From an uncultured virus (IMG/VR IMGVR_UViG_3300010885_058378) (Duplodnaviria; Heunggongvirae; Uroviricota; Caudoviricetes), in the IMG/VR virus record IMGVR_UViG_3300010885_058378, positions 62,001 through 126,000 of that record: 64,000 nucleotides of DNA; one strand, given 5' to 3'. The notes below the pieces were generated by a model that was not told the origin of the DNA, did not search any database, and saw only the letters and a program-made list of their open reading frames with translations. The translations under genes were made by a program, and so were the position numbers. Position 1 is the stretch's first letter. Each line of letters begins with the position of its first letter. Positions 18,901 to 29,100 of this stretch are shown piece by piece.

Positions 18901-20637
18901 AATTTCTGCTCCATCATTCACTACAGTAGAATAAATGTAATCATATATTGTTTGATTGTTAGCATCAAGACCCTGGTTAGCAGGATCATTATAATCTATA
19001 TTATCTGATCGATAAACACGGGGGACATCTCCCTTATATGCCATGCTGGGAATAAATAATGTTTTAAGATCTAGAGAGACATCTCTAAAACGAGGTTTTC
19101 CAACATCATATAATGGTATGGTTATTTTTTTTGTATTATCAACTAGAACATCTATATTTGCATTAAACTCATTTAGTTTTGTTTGTATTGTGGTGTTGTC
19201 AAAAATAATTCTTTGATTATTATATACTGAAGTATTTGTTAGGGCTTTACTACAATAATTATCTAAAACTTGTGTGATTGCGATACCTTTGTTGTCAAAT
19301 TTTAAAACATCAGTCTTTGCAGAAATAGACGAAGTTCCTGATAGTTTAAGGTGTGCCCCATATTTTGATATTAATTTATAAAAGAGTTGTGAATTATCAT
19401 TAATTAAATTATTATTAAGAGTTATTGGAGAAAATTTAGTATCTAAATACAAAGATTTATTTGTCTTATCATTAGTTGTATTTTGTAAAAATCTGCTAAT
19501 ATCTATTAATAGGTTTTTTAAGTTTAATATTTCACCATTAATATCAATAAAGGACTCATTGAGTTTACTTTCTATAATATTCCTTATGTCTATAGAGTCT
19601 AATGCTTCTATAGAAAAATCACCAATGAATGGACTAGTACTTAGTGCATGGGCAATTTTTTTATAGAATCTTGATCTTTTTAAATTTTTATTACTAAAAG
19701 ATCTTTTTTCATCAAGGGTTAGTATCCTATATATTGATGAATATTTTTGATAAAGAGCGGATGAAACGTATGATCTGCATGATATATTGTATGATAAGGA
19801 AGAAACTCTCTCAGCATCGCTATTATGAAAGAAAAAACAGTCTCCGTCAGGAATCCAGAGTATTGGATTCATATCCATCCTGTGCAAAGAAGATGTATTG
19901 TCATAAACATTCTCTGATTTATACATATTAGCTATTTTAAATAATGGATTAGTCCCTAAAGAGCTAAGTTCCACAATAGTTTTTCCTAGTTCCTCGTCAA
20001 ACACATAACTTCCATCTTTGATGGTTCTGCTCTGTGCATTAACCAAATATAGTCTAGAATTATTTATTTTAATATAAACATTATTAGCATCTCCGCTTTT
20101 AACTAATCTTGATCCATTTGGAAAATATGTTAATGGTTGCTCTTTACCTCCATGAATATTAGAATTATTAGTTATATCTTTTAGTCTAAACCAACAAAGA
20201 ATTCCATAATATACAGAGTAAGGAGTATTCTGTCCATTTAATAACCAATCAATAGACATTTTAGCATTACTAGTTGTCCAGCTTTTAAAGTTTGGGGTGA
20301 AAGAGAAAAAACTCTCAATACCTAATTGTCCACTAGTTAATAAAGGATTGCTATTATAACAGCTGCCGTGAGATGACAATAGTTTATTATCAACATATGT
20401 ATCAGAATTAATAATTAATGGCTGCCATACATCTAATACATCATCAAGAATGGAACTTGCTTGAGATTGTTGTATCAGAGCATCAAGAGACGGTGAACGA
20501 ATTAATCCTCCTGGACTACTATCGTTATAAGTTAATGTCCCATTGGAACTGACTGTATACGGCAACAAGTCATCTAATAATGAATGCTTAATAATATTGC
20601 AATTGCTAGTTTTATCTATAATCCTTGAACTAAACAT
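12907..20637 (-). CDS. Very large virion (tail tip/fibre) protein, 2576 aa, with PKD/Ig-like and possible P-domain-like segments
   Basis: Last gene of the tail operon; Asn/Ser-rich. FFWEQLSGP...GKYTFQCTIS is PKD-like, and IKDIEIKLNF...NWELIL resembles a proprotein-convertase P domain with insertions. Confidence 0.6.
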   Translation of the reverse strand: MFSSRIIDKTSNCNIIKHSLLDDLLPYTVSSNGTLTYNDSSPGGLIRSPSLDALIQQSQASSILDDVLDVWQPLIINSDTYVDNKLLSSHGSCYNSNPLLTSGQLGIESFFSFTPNFKSWTTSNAKMSIDWLLNGQNTPYSVYYGILCWFRLKDITNNSNIHGGKEQPLTYFPNGSRLVKSGDANNVYIKINNSRLYLVNAQSRTIKDGSYVFDEELGKTIVELSSLGTNPLFKIANMYKSENVYDNTSSLHRMDMNPILWIPDGDCFFFHNSDAERVSSLSYNISCRSYVSSALYQKYSSIYRILTLDEKRSFSNKNLKRSRFYKKIAHALSTSPFIGDFSIEALDSIDIRNIIESKLNESFIDINGEILNLKNLLIDISRFLQNTTNDKTNKSLYLDTKFSPITLNNNLINDNSQLFYKLISKYGAHLKLSGTSSISAKTDVLKFDNKGIAITQVLDNYCSKALTNTSVYNNQRIIFDNTTIQTKLNEFNANIDVLVDNTKKITIPLYDVGKPRFRDVSLDLKTLFIPSMAYKGDVPRVYRSDNIDYNDPANQGLDANNQTIYDYIYSTVVNDGAEINLQFGPTQPHCSKLQESGIQLSALTIAEIEKSYDEGSELSLINYINSQNSFFWEQLSGPEGTFGDNGLLSGTSNEVIFYTNYTGKYTFQCTISSPFGTFKKQKTIYVVDGRQLVIGQGGAMKENAVSYGKYWDSKNISWVYPPLVTPSYIVSENIPLILDKDLIKSNISKINKIAISNYHGVIYPIKTDFSVREFIGTLGTRAQDDVYSLSKDYIFGYSSNYIYRETCPLTLIYENNNTIVKLHSVWLEKIRTDQDECSQCLSLYFPKIRSVKTSSRISETDSHGNVVNTRNVNFNRTIRTNKDPEGFTLRAYEWDSARNLAKNIKEVGDFNYPTISTKKAPKIKAYGGYSKKFIDSIGVEINGLTKPQTSINDNGIVAGPGASTNLPVITGFPLNYRNFPDTSTYKLCYQKAVMVSGTGLILPFSKGVFHPNSGWIPYSGGNEYSIHANRCGVLKFNPGARDSFSFLGPQITRLRSGPINSENNIIQSKTFSSSVTLGIAKEIQWDPACSCESPPPGADIQLYNDNQKHKNYIDTKITNSNNSSNHGYRILAGGEPKGIEATATNNFPIANDEFLTDQATTNFYYSFAVTGPNSLPDKIQLPDGRMQFRIPRVNAFGIKDIEIKLNFLNYVNTKNMVVWLDVEYASAEDSSRFGSTANPPPSPLKSSEEFLDQTLNPRIFFGNYKPNQTSIDGSLNNTKVESYLKDLVGMNSPSGLPGNIFKLVLLNQETIQNNNYNFSVKFSDHASKFNVPCDMNMLGSGYYHPSGQYSYMTSQASRLQNIIRSNDEILPTIAATGYSDRECCEYSSIIKHNRLNISNNNFSKFVANTLFRNKGPMDGPCGPDHAPKQREGDLDGKTKFTLNIMVLDEEDDMNVLDSTINNQYLSGLESTENKTKSHLLYNSLCNWELILHVGPVRDSTPTTNPSLASYGNNDALSLFDYKKDPSYPGYSFIADLSSQKHLLPIANYNAPYSCIADSTTCLTSQDDPTGQGVMVRPPEFPDYAIIQIMAALAGYGATTGGTLVGALAGLEGAVNSPGYNAIFDYFKEVRFSESLENQGRQIYFPSYAKYPFGSPEKILINFKKPSSLWYTAEASIFKYHNTPILKPDRYKFIKLSGGVDGLGDFSFDLINSIEDLIDQNFIKQINLSCGSNLPSLPLPTAISDSFINEGDIVRVAFTGNGCENPSQICIAKNNETWTNLKLDPSALSKANHYLQHNAILGSSNSLSSIDLSENKAVLVKGKIPYDIFKKGDIVSCSGTSSTNATISKKGLIYKNNKYYSLLVFENSVSGYNLMSVPNTMNIFLTYKDETTIIDKTSKKYNIWGADYINKNVFNNITDIAPTTHSVGSYGDMSLFMNKNMLSNNIHNNQLQEINDIFNNRNNDKIKHNKIKIFVSGIENTGFVSNSSYGFSYSKEDLNVLTPIFRKEKENKDYYYIKSDTDDATNHDIIVKNIQFSSAYNDIPSNFSIIRTDDGVNSLTSGISTGELEIENKYYEYKPMRSITTSELSWVISRLSTIESTGVDNTLEAAVGVPGSTSTILNSSKLKYLQKHYAKLEDDPIDCYTPSPANASACNKKKTYAAIKDLLEEKNSIIQLLDEQTVFDIPANNTIYQLNRSDYSNYKLKSSLPITDSRRISPYILPKIEPVLSGIEWRGQNEGAQSGPIYVYYREANKDHYWINIDSKQSCFQDFESNPKVLISTKYKCTEANPVLDISTPHIDNNICPFFTTKPDQGIQFDFGATENITSNVNEFTYTINSNSITQQKNAFQRQYPAITGWKTLTKLRYFNINGDQTMDNILGPGSEVTIESTESYAVPLTNENQGNDNSGDTLDLSGIGGCQTNIGSPGGKGMMTLGNTRIGKPTRVCNIVNLDNANNISVMVKRIPRMLRGVDILSTVYRYGSKSDFRPASFTSPPVPYETDLSNAQVGNINNSLYVWVALQRNPLTFSLEPTTLPDFFKLQNEMIFRSFFGSVDKIENKSDVAASYFPWEMIPYEYE

Positions 20638-23600
20638 TATTTAATTGCCGTTAGTGTCCACTTTCCATTTAAGAATGTAAATATAGCTATAGCGTTAGTT
20701 GTTACCGTAAATCCTAGAGGGTTATCAAAATTAACGGTCATTGTTGGAACAACTCCTGATCTTCTACCTTGTACATAATGCATATCTATTAGGGTCTGAG
20801 TTGCGCTAGTAATCTTACCTTTAACAATTAGCGATGGTTTGCTGACTGGCTCATAAAAACCTGTCTTTTTGTTGTATCTGCAAAGTAATTTTGTTCCTCG
20901 TGGAGCACAATATCCTGTTTTATCTTTAATATATATTAATCTTCTATACCCCTGTCGTAAAGGCTCGCTGCTAAATTCAATATCGTCAATATAACCTCTT
21001 GTAACATATGTCTCATCAAAATCTGGTTGTTTAATTAAATCTTCTTCAAGAGTAGCATATATCATTCTGTAAATATACTTCTTTTTTGCTTTTTTGTCTA
21101 AAAAACTTTTTAATGTGGTTATATCATTAGAGTTGGTAAGAATATAAGGAGGATCAATCTCTTCTCCTCCGCCACCTCCGGCCCAAACCATTCTGTCTTG
21201 ATCCCAAATTAGATCAATAGGACCAACTTTCCATAAGTCAGGACGCTCTGCCCAATTTAAATAAAAATCATTTAATTTAACTTTTTCTGACCACTTCCCT
21301 CCAACAAATTTTTGAGTTTTACTAATTATACTTCCTTTAAAACCATTAGTATAATCGCTTGCAGTTCCAGGAAGATATCCTCCATCAACACTCATATCGT
21401 CCTCTATCTTAATGGGAGTAACATCAGTATTATTTATTGCTGTTGTACTAAGTGATGACCATGATGGTGGTAAATTCTCATAATTAAAAGTTTTGGCAAA
21501 AATATTAGTATTGCCCGATATAGTAAATAGTTCACCAACAGATAATGAACTATATTTTTTAGTAGCCCCGCTATTGGTTAATTTAAGCTTAAATCTTTTT
21601 GGTCTACCAAAATTGTCATAGGCTAATGGTTCATCAGCAGCATTAGGAACAGGATATCCGTCAGCATCATATCCCCAAGAGTGTAGTGTTAATGGTCCTC
21701 GTAGCCCAAAGAATCTTTGGTTGTTTTCATGCAACATATTAAGCGTATCATTAGCTTGGGATCTAATATTATATAAAGCTTCATCAGTAGGATAATAGTC
21801 TAAATTATTAGGTGGAACACCATCTGGATGATTAGTATGAGCCCTTAGATTTCTACTAGTCTCAAGCTTGTATCCCGTTTTATTTTGTGGAACTGATCCT
21901 CTTGCCACAATTTCTATGCAATGGCGTAATCTGTCTCTGAAAATTCTACCTCCAACAGTTAAGCCCCCTATATCGTCATGTGCTCCGTCTGGATGAGCAC
22001 CAGTATAGTTTTGAGAGTTAGAGTTTTTAAATTCTCCATAAGGAACAACTATAGGGTTTAATGTAATCAAATTAATTGGAATATCTTCATCTGTTACTAT
22101 CTTAGCATTTAATTTTTCACCAGCATTACCACACTTATCACATGTTATCTGTGTTGCTACTTCTGTTCTAGTTCCAGTTTGATCATATTGTACAACACTG
22201 ATATCTCTAACTTTTGTACCTCTACAAAATGGACAATTTGAAGTATTATGTAAAGAATATGAAAATGTTGAATTTTTAAAAGTTGGATAAAAAGATACTG
22301 GAGACAATATTCCATCTAAACTCATTGCTGACTGCATTCCATAGTCTTTTGATAATTGATTTTCAAGTTCTTTTCTCTGAAATAATTGTACAGTCGATGT
22401 TACTCTTGCTACTGACTTTAATGATGATATTGATGAGGCCGTCTCTAATTTGCTACTTGGCGGCTGACCAGCATCTGAACTATTAACAAGGGACCACTTA
22501 GTTGCTTTTGATGCTCTGGTATTAAAACCTCCGGGACTACTAGATATGGAAAAATCATCAATTACTTTTGGAGTTCTTGATGGTTCATTAATAAGAGGAG
22601 AAGCCTGACCAACCAATACTGTGCTAGGACTCCAACTAAATAGTTTCGAAGACAGGTCTGAACTTCCAAATTGGGCATTATTTAATCTTTCTTGTAATAT
22701 TAGATCTCTTTCTTTATTTTTTAAATTGGTAATTTCTTGATTAATTTGAGAGATCTGTTTTCCTCTTTTCAGATTTAACCTATTAGCTCTTCTTATTCTG
22801 TCATTTTCTTCTTTATTAAATAGTCCTAATTTCCTCGTATATGTTCTGAATGAATAAGTTGTGGATATTCCCTGTTGTCCAACACTTGTTTGTATAGAGG
22901 TTATAATTGGACCATCAACAAAGTATGCTGGAGTTTGTAAGTCTAATACTTTGTATGTTGCAATGGTGGTGTTTTCGGTATTAGGAGAGAAAGAAATACT
23001 TGCTCCTGGAATATATGATAAATCAACAACTGACACCACTGAGTCTTTAACGTCTTTATAGGCATAACCAGATGGTGATATAATATGTAATCCTGTATTA
23101 GCTAGTGCAAAATTACCACCTATATTAAATAATGGAAGTCCTGGCATATCTAATTGAGCAGTTTCTATAACGCTCTGGTAGTTCACTTTTGTTTGTATCT
23201 CTTTAAAAGCAACAATATCTAACTGATGCATTCCTCCATAATTCCAAGGAACAAAATCATCATTAAATTCTATGTTAACATTCGAAATTAAATTGTTTAA
23301 TGCTTTATCAACTTCTGCTTGTGTGGTTTGGCGACTTGAATATGTGCAAGTTAATGGGAATGTTGACGATTGAGTAACAATCTGACCAGACGGGAAAATA
23401 CCAGTACCCTCTAGTGCCGGATAATTAGTCCATGGTCCATAAACAAATTGGTTTGATTTGATTGGAATACCAGCAAAAAAAGGATGGGCGGCTTTTGGTG
23501 CTAGTTCAACATTATTTGCAGTATGATTAGATGATACGGTATATAGTCCAAGAAAATATGGATTATCACTATCGTCTAATACTATTGGACTAATATAGTT

Positions 23601-26600
23601 CAACATGTATCTTATCCAATCCATATCCCAATTATCTTTTCTGGTAGTCTTTAAGTATATCATCAAGTCTTCAGCGGAAATATTGGATATTACTGTTCTA
23701 TTAGGATCTTTAGCATTCTCTTCACTAGATAAATTTAAGTTAATTCCTGGAGAATCTATTAAGATTTTTGGATTTTCAAATCTAGTAGGATCTATATATA
23801 TAAAGCTTTCTTCAACTGATGTTGAAACATAAAGCTTTGATCTTGGGATTGATACAGGTGTTGATCCACTATTATCTTTTATTTCTGTTTTCCAAGCGTC
23901 ATATGACTTTACTGTATTGCTTAAAGACAATAATCCCATACTGTCATCAGTAGCCACTACGTTAGGGACAATAGATGAGCTATATTTTTGATCAACTATA
24001 ACATAGTCATTATTTGATAAAGAAGAAATATCTAATGATGGAAATATGTAGCTATCAGTACAACTTCTTGTTTTATACTCATTAAGAGTGAGCCAACTAT
24101 CATAACTAAAATAAGGATTGGCTTGTTCTTTTATAATGTCTTGAATTGGTGTGGTCTTATTAGCAGCAATACACTTGGCTTGTCTAATATAGTCATAATT
24201 ATAATTATTATTATAACCCAACAATGGTTGAATCTTACCAGAATCATCAGTTAGGGTCATCCACTGTGTTCCTCCAACAGCCATACTATCATCTATTATG
24301 TTTCCATATTCTTCCCAGGCCCCGTCATTAGTTGGAGTATAATTATATCTTAAATTACCATCACCACTGAATATGTATCCGTATCCTACATTTGTAGGAA
24401 AGGCGAATCCAGTAACACTATCTTCTCTATAGGTTCTTAACTGATCAGCAGACACCATATATTTTTTGCCATAATACTTAGCAATTTCTGTAATAAATTT
24501 ATGAATTATTTTTAAGTCTTGCAAAGCTTTTTCTTGAATATATTGGCTACCATCATTTTTATCTGGATAAACGGCAGTTGGATATAATTCGTCTCCGGCA
24601 ATATTAGGACCAAGTAATTTCCAATACCAGTCTGTTTCTTGAAAAGCAATTTTTTCAGCTTTATCAAGTTGCATACCCATATTATTTACTAGTTCATTTC
24701 GTGTTTTAATATAGTAGGCTCTTCTTATTAATTCTATTAAATCTGGCTTGTATGTTTTTGCTAATGAATAAACAAGATAATTATCAAATCCTGCTATTGC
24801 TGCTCGTATTTCTGATTCTGTTAATACAAAAAACTCTACAGGATCGTAGCTATTTAATATTCCAAGATCATTATATGTTGTTGTTGGAGGATCCAGATTT
24901 GCTGTTTGAGGAAGAATAAAGTCTGTTCCGGTTTCCAGATAATCTCGGCTAATTGGCACATTAAGCTTTGGTAATTCTGATATTCTTACTATTATCGAGA
25001 TTTGAGATGTCCAGGTGTCGTACCATACTGGACGTATTCTTCTAAAATCAGTATTTGCAGAATCATTGGCTCCAACCTTTAATCCAATTTTATTATCATA
25101 AATAAAACCAAAAAATGGACAGATATTATCTAAATATAATGGAAACCATCTTCCTTTAGAAGGATCTGAGGATGAGTATCCTTGAGCATGACTATTTTTA
25201 AAGCATGGTTCATAATTCCCATATTTAACATCAACACCATCCAAGAGTTCGGTGTTTGTGTTCCATATAGCATCATTAGTATCAAAACCTTTTAAGGCAG
25301 CAGTTTGTATAGCGTCTTCGTCGTTAATTATGCTAACATATGCAGTCTCTAGTCTACTTGATGTTCCAAGATAGTCTGATATTTTTTTATTTCTTGAACT
25401 ATTAAAATTTGGAAATCTTATTTTTCCATGACCATATTGTTGATTAGTAATATCTGGAGCATCATTTCCTGTTGGTGCTCCGGCAGCCAAAGAATAGTAA
25501 TTAACAAATTTTCTTGTTCTGGGATTATAAATAAAATTATTTTGAGTATATGCTAATCTATAACTTTTTACTTGGTATAATCTTTGTTGCTGTCCGCCAA
25601 CAACCAAACATCTTGACGGAGTATCATTCTTTTCTTTTCCTATAGTATTTGATGATACTTGATAATTATTGCATTCTAATGATTTTATAGTATTTTCAAT
25701 AATATTCGTACTAGGCTGTTTTAGTCTTGATATGGCTTTAACTTTTATAACATGATAAAGATTAGAGTTATATACTCGTGGAATCATGTCTATACTAAAA
25801 TCACAACCGGCTCTATCACTAATATCGTTTAATAAGTCTGTTATACTAAGAAATGGTCCTGTGGTTCTTATATCATTTGGCAATCTTTTTTTTGTTCTGG
25901 TATTATCTGTATATATAACATCATGAAGATCTAATACAAATTGACATCTATTTGCCCCCCCTGTATCAGCCATTGCATTTAAAGCTTGAGGATATACTAC
26001 TCCAAATCTATTAAAAGCTGATGTTACTGGTTCATATAAATTACCATTATCCTCTCTTTGCATACATTTAGATATGATTCTTCCAAATGGAGAAAATGCT
26101 CTTTTGATAGCTTCATTATCTCTACCTGATAAAACAGTGTCTAATTTAAATGTACTATCATGTGTTACTGAAGTTAACATCATTAAAGCATCTAAAATAG
26201 AATTTATACTAACTCCTCTATCGTCTGGTCGTGCTATTCCATAGTTTCCTGCTCCAAAAGACTCTAAAAATCCATAAATGTTGAAAATATTAGGAATGGT
26301 TCCGTGCTTTAAATCAGTATCGGTATAGGTGGCGCCCAGTTTTTTTAAATAGTTCTTTGGACCACCATATGTGGATGCTTGTGCCTTACTAAAAATTGAT
26401 CCAGCATATTTATCAACTATAATATAAGAAGAATTTAGAATGGATTGTGGACCATTAATAATAACAGTATAATTTTTACCTCCACTGCCAATATCTCGTG
26501 ACCAAGATTGAACAAAGCCCCCAAATTGAAAATCCCCCATTTTAAAATAAACAGGAGTATCAATTATATCATACTTATATCCTGGATGACTATCCTCAGC

Positions 26601-27059
26601 AACGTTTGAGTAAGTATTATTTTCTTGTATTCTTGTTTTTCTTCCAAAGAATCCAGGATCAGGATCTTTCCAGTATTTTGATATTAATCCTTTGGTTTCT
26701 GATAATTCATAGTATACTTTTCCTGGAACTATTCTGTTCTCTATCGGGGTATCAACAGTAGCTGCTGATCCAGTATATTTATCAATAAAACATCCTACTC
26801 CACTACAAAGAGTATAATGATCATCAGTATTGATAGTACCACTGAACTGCGGATACATGCTTCCGTCATTTGGTTGGCCTGCTGTGATAGAAGGAGACGG
26901 ATCACAAGAGTAGACCAATTCATCTTCTACTAAATTAACTGTTAATTGTGATGGCTGTGTTCCCCAGCCAAAGTTGCTAGTGAAACTGGCTACACTAGCT
27001 CCTAAAAATAATGTTTGAGCAATTGGCTTATCTATATTTGAACATACTTTTGTTGGCAT
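20637..27059 (-). CDS. Large tail-tip/baseplate-hub-like protein, 2140 aa
   Basis: N-terminal FLGASVASF...GWG..PSQLTVNLVED and ITSIQTSVGQQGISTTYSFRTY followed by a coiled coil, a hub/Tal-like layout; downstream of the TMP. Confidence 0.55.
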   Translation of the reverse strand: MPTKVCSNIDKPIAQTLFLGASVASFTSNFGWGTQPSQLTVNLVEDELVYSCDPSPSITAGQPNDGSMYPQFSGTINTDDHYTLCSGVGCFIDKYTGSAATVDTPIENRIVPGKVYYELSETKGLISKYWKDPDPGFFGRKTRIQENNTYSNVAEDSHPGYKYDIIDTPVYFKMGDFQFGGFVQSWSRDIGSGGKNYTVIINGPQSILNSSYIIVDKYAGSIFSKAQASTYGGPKNYLKKLGATYTDTDLKHGTIPNIFNIYGFLESFGAGNYGIARPDDRGVSINSILDALMMLTSVTHDSTFKLDTVLSGRDNEAIKRAFSPFGRIISKCMQREDNGNLYEPVTSAFNRFGVVYPQALNAMADTGGANRCQFVLDLHDVIYTDNTRTKKRLPNDIRTTGPFLSITDLLNDISDRAGCDFSIDMIPRVYNSNLYHVIKVKAISRLKQPSTNIIENTIKSLECNNYQVSSNTIGKEKNDTPSRCLVVGGQQQRLYQVKSYRLAYTQNNFIYNPRTRKFVNYYSLAAGAPTGNDAPDITNQQYGHGKIRFPNFNSSRNKKISDYLGTSSRLETAYVSIINDEDAIQTAALKGFDTNDAIWNTNTELLDGVDVKYGNYEPCFKNSHAQGYSSSDPSKGRWFPLYLDNICPFFGFIYDNKIGLKVGANDSANTDFRRIRPVWYDTWTSQISIIVRISELPKLNVPISRDYLETGTDFILPQTANLDPPTTTYNDLGILNSYDPVEFFVLTESEIRAAIAGFDNYLVYSLAKTYKPDLIELIRRAYYIKTRNELVNNMGMQLDKAEKIAFQETDWYWKLLGPNIAGDELYPTAVYPDKNDGSQYIQEKALQDLKIIHKFITEIAKYYGKKYMVSADQLRTYREDSVTGFAFPTNVGYGYIFSGDGNLRYNYTPTNDGAWEEYGNIIDDSMAVGGTQWMTLTDDSGKIQPLLGYNNNYNYDYIRQAKCIAANKTTPIQDIIKEQANPYFSYDSWLTLNEYKTRSCTDSYIFPSLDISSLSNNDYVIVDQKYSSSIVPNVVATDDSMGLLSLSNTVKSYDAWKTEIKDNSGSTPVSIPRSKLYVSTSVEESFIYIDPTRFENPKILIDSPGINLNLSSEENAKDPNRTVISNISAEDLMIYLKTTRKDNWDMDWIRYMLNYISPIVLDDSDNPYFLGLYTVSSNHTANNVELAPKAAHPFFAGIPIKSNQFVYGPWTNYPALEGTGIFPSGQIVTQSSTFPLTCTYSSRQTTQAEVDKALNNLISNVNIEFNDDFVPWNYGGMHQLDIVAFKEIQTKVNYQSVIETAQLDMPGLPLFNIGGNFALANTGLHIISPSGYAYKDVKDSVVSVVDLSYIPGASISFSPNTENTTIATYKVLDLQTPAYFVDGPIITSIQTSVGQQGISTTYSFRTYTRKLGLFNKEENDRIRRANRLNLKRGKQISQINQEITNLKNKERDLILQERLNNAQFGSSDLSSKLFSWSPSTVLVGQASPLINEPSRTPKVIDDFSISSSPGGFNTRASKATKWSLVNSSDAGQPPSSKLETASSISSLKSVARVTSTVQLFQRKELENQLSKDYGMQSAMSLDGILSPVSFYPTFKNSTFSYSLHNTSNCPFCRGTKVRDISVVQYDQTGTRTEVATQITCDKCGNAGEKLNAKIVTDEDIPINLITLNPIVVPYGEFKNSNSQNYTGAHPDGAHDDIGGLTVGGRIFRDRLRHCIEIVARGSVPQNKTGYKLETSRNLRAHTNHPDGVPPNNLDYYPTDEALYNIRSQANDTLNMLHENNQRFFGLRGPLTLHSWGYDADGYPVPNAADEPLAYDNFGRPKRFKLKLTNSGATKKYSSLSVGELFTISGNTNIFAKTFNYENLPPSWSSLSTTAINNTDVTPIKIEDDMSVDGGYLPGTASDYTNGFKGSIISKTQKFVGGKWSEKVKLNDFYLNWAERPDLWKVGPIDLIWDQDRMVWAGGGGGEEIDPPYILTNSNDITTLKSFLDKKAKKKYIYRMIYATLEEDLIKQPDFDETYVTRGYIDDIEFSSEPLRQGYRRLIYIKDKTGYCAPRGTKLLCRYNKKTGFYEPVSKPSLIVKGKITSATQTLIDMHYVQGRRSGVVPTMTVNFDNPLGFTVTTNAIAIFTFLNGKWTLTAIK

Positions 27060-27060
27060 A

Positions 27061-29076
27061 TTAATAATCTAAATAATTTTTACTATTTGTGCATTGCTGA
27101 TAAACCCATCCAACTGATTTTGAATATCTTCCATTAGTAGGATCCCATGATTGAGTATCATTGGTCACATAAACTTGTCCTTGGGCATTATTATTACCCC
27201 TATTAAAATAATTAGCATTTCCGAATATGTATGAAGCCCTATCTCCAAATGGCTTTAGTCCTTCAATAATTCCTGTTATAGTTTGATACACCGTTCCTCC
27301 CGTCCATAGCGGACAAGTGGTATTTTGCATAAAGAATCCGCCCATGCTAGACGGTGGAACTACTCCAACCTCTATTGTTACGCTTTTTCTTGTTGATGTT
27401 TTTGTTCCAAGATTCTGTAAAACTGGCCCTAATGATCGACCCAAAACGAAAGCTTCTCCTATAACATCTGTTGGTCCAGTTTCTTCAATACTAACACTTT
27501 CATATAAAACACCACTTATTATTGTAAACTTATTATTAAACTCATAACTATATGATATGCTACCCTTCTTAGGATTATGTGTTTCAGAAGTTGATATTGG
27601 TATAATATTTAATACAGAATTTCTAGAATACACTGGATTGTTTGGGGGCTGTGGTGGATTAACTGCTCCTGGTATATATCCTTTTGTTCTGTCAGGACTG
27701 CTCATTGGTATACAAGCTCTTCTGTACAAATATGGTTTAACTTCATTTATCCATCCACTAACAGCGTTAGCATACTTACTAGCCATTAAATTTTTACTAA
27801 CTGTAGGCAATCCAACATCGACTATTGATGTATTAAATGCTAAATTATCTAATAATCCTGTGGATGACGTTAAATCAAATTTTAAAGGACTTCCACTACC
27901 GCTAACATATGGCAAACCAGTAATACTTGGACTACTAATACTTAATCCTATAATATCTCCTTGAACTCTAACAGTATGAATATATTTATCGTCAGTACTC
28001 ATTTCTAATGAATAATCTTCAATAAAAGTTATTCCTGTTGGCATGGCTAACCAAGTATCAGTTATTTCGTATTTGGCAGAATGAACATCAAAATTGGTGG
28101 ATCTGAGATGGTTATAAAAATAACCTAGAGCTGCTCCTCCAGCAGCAGCCGTACTTACCATTGGGGACCACAAAGCATTTCCTGTCTTTTTATCAAAAAC
28201 AGCAGATGATCGTTCCATCACCCAGTTTTTAGCATTATTAAATGCTGATACTGCTAATGGTGGATATTGGTCAAAATCTATTTTATTTTGTTCATTTATT
28301 GGCAAAGTACTTTTACAAAATCCTGTTCCAGAAGGTATTCCGATGGCGCTAATGGTTCTAGAAACTTTAAACTGAGGAATGCTTAAATAATTAATATCAA
28401 CTGGTGCTACTGCTGTTCCTCCAGTATTTGTTTGGTTTGATTGGGGTTGTCCAGCAGTATTTGATGGAGCTGTTGGCTTTAGCTTAGGATTATCATACTC
28501 TGTTTTTTGTATTACATTAATAGTGCCTTTACTGTAAATATAGTCTTCTAATGGTTCTATGCTCCAACTATCACTATAATCTTTAACATACCAACCGCTG
28601 TATGCTGGTTCCAAATACTCTAATACAGCGGTATAATCTGCGGTAAATATCCAATTATCATTACTCTTGTTAACATCAAAACTAACTAATCTAACACCAC
28701 CAGCACTAAATATGTTAGTTTCTACAGCGTTTGGTGCTGATTTGCATGTTATATTAAAACTTCCACAAGTATTTATTTTGAATATTTGATTTAATCCACT
28801 AATTGCTGACATCATTGGACCGATGCCACTACCATTAGGTGATGCTTCTTTAGTAATAGTAACTTTACCAGTTAATGTTATTCTGTTGGTAAAAACCATA
28901 GGTTCTCCTGCTTCGTTTCTTTCAACAGAAGTGGAGAAATCAATGAATGGAGTTGGTCCAGCAACAGTGTGGATACCGCTACCGTTGAAATATACTCCAA
29001 CAGCATTAGTAGGACCAAGAGCTTGTATAGTAGCAAAATCTTGTGTAGAATTTAGAGCTTCTAATGAATAAACCAT
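27061..29076 (-). CDS. Putative tail structural protein (distal-tail/hub-like)
   Basis: Beta-rich ORF with repeated Y.(D/E)S.S(I/L)E strands; likely ATG at 29076 with AAGGA upstream; tail-module context. Confidence 0.5.
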   Translation of the reverse strand: MVYSLEALNSTQDFATIQALGPTNAVGVYFNGSGIHTVAGPTPFIDFSTSVERNEAGEPMVFTNRITLTGKVTITKEASPNGSGIGPMMSAISGLNQIFKINTCGSFNITCKSAPNAVETNIFSAGGVRLVSFDVNKSNDNWIFTADYTAVLEYLEPAYSGWYVKDYSDSWSIEPLEDYIYSKGTINVIQKTEYDNPKLKPTAPSNTAGQPQSNQTNTGGTAVAPVDINYLSIPQFKVSRTISAIGIPSGTGFCKSTLPINEQNKIDFDQYPPLAVSAFNNAKNWVMERSSAVFDKKTGNALWSPMVSTAAAGGAALGYFYNHLRSTNFDVHSAKYEITDTWLAMPTGITFIEDYSLEMSTDDKYIHTVRVQGDIIGLSISSPSITGLPYVSGSGSPLKFDLTSSTGLLDNLAFNTSIVDVGLPTVSKNLMASKYANAVSGWINEVKPYLYRRACIPMSSPDRTKGYIPGAVNPPQPPNNPVYSRNSVLNIIPISTSETHNPKKGSISYSYEFNNKFTIISGVLYESVSIEETGPTDVIGEAFVLGRSLGPVLQNLGTKTSTRKSVTIEVGVVPPSSMGGFFMQNTTCPLWTGGTVYQTITGIIEGLKPFGDRASYIFGNANYFNRGNNNAQGQVYVTNDTQSWDPTNGRYSKSVGWVYQQCTNSKNYLDY

Positions 29077-29100
29077 AATCAAATATCCTTAGTATCTTAT

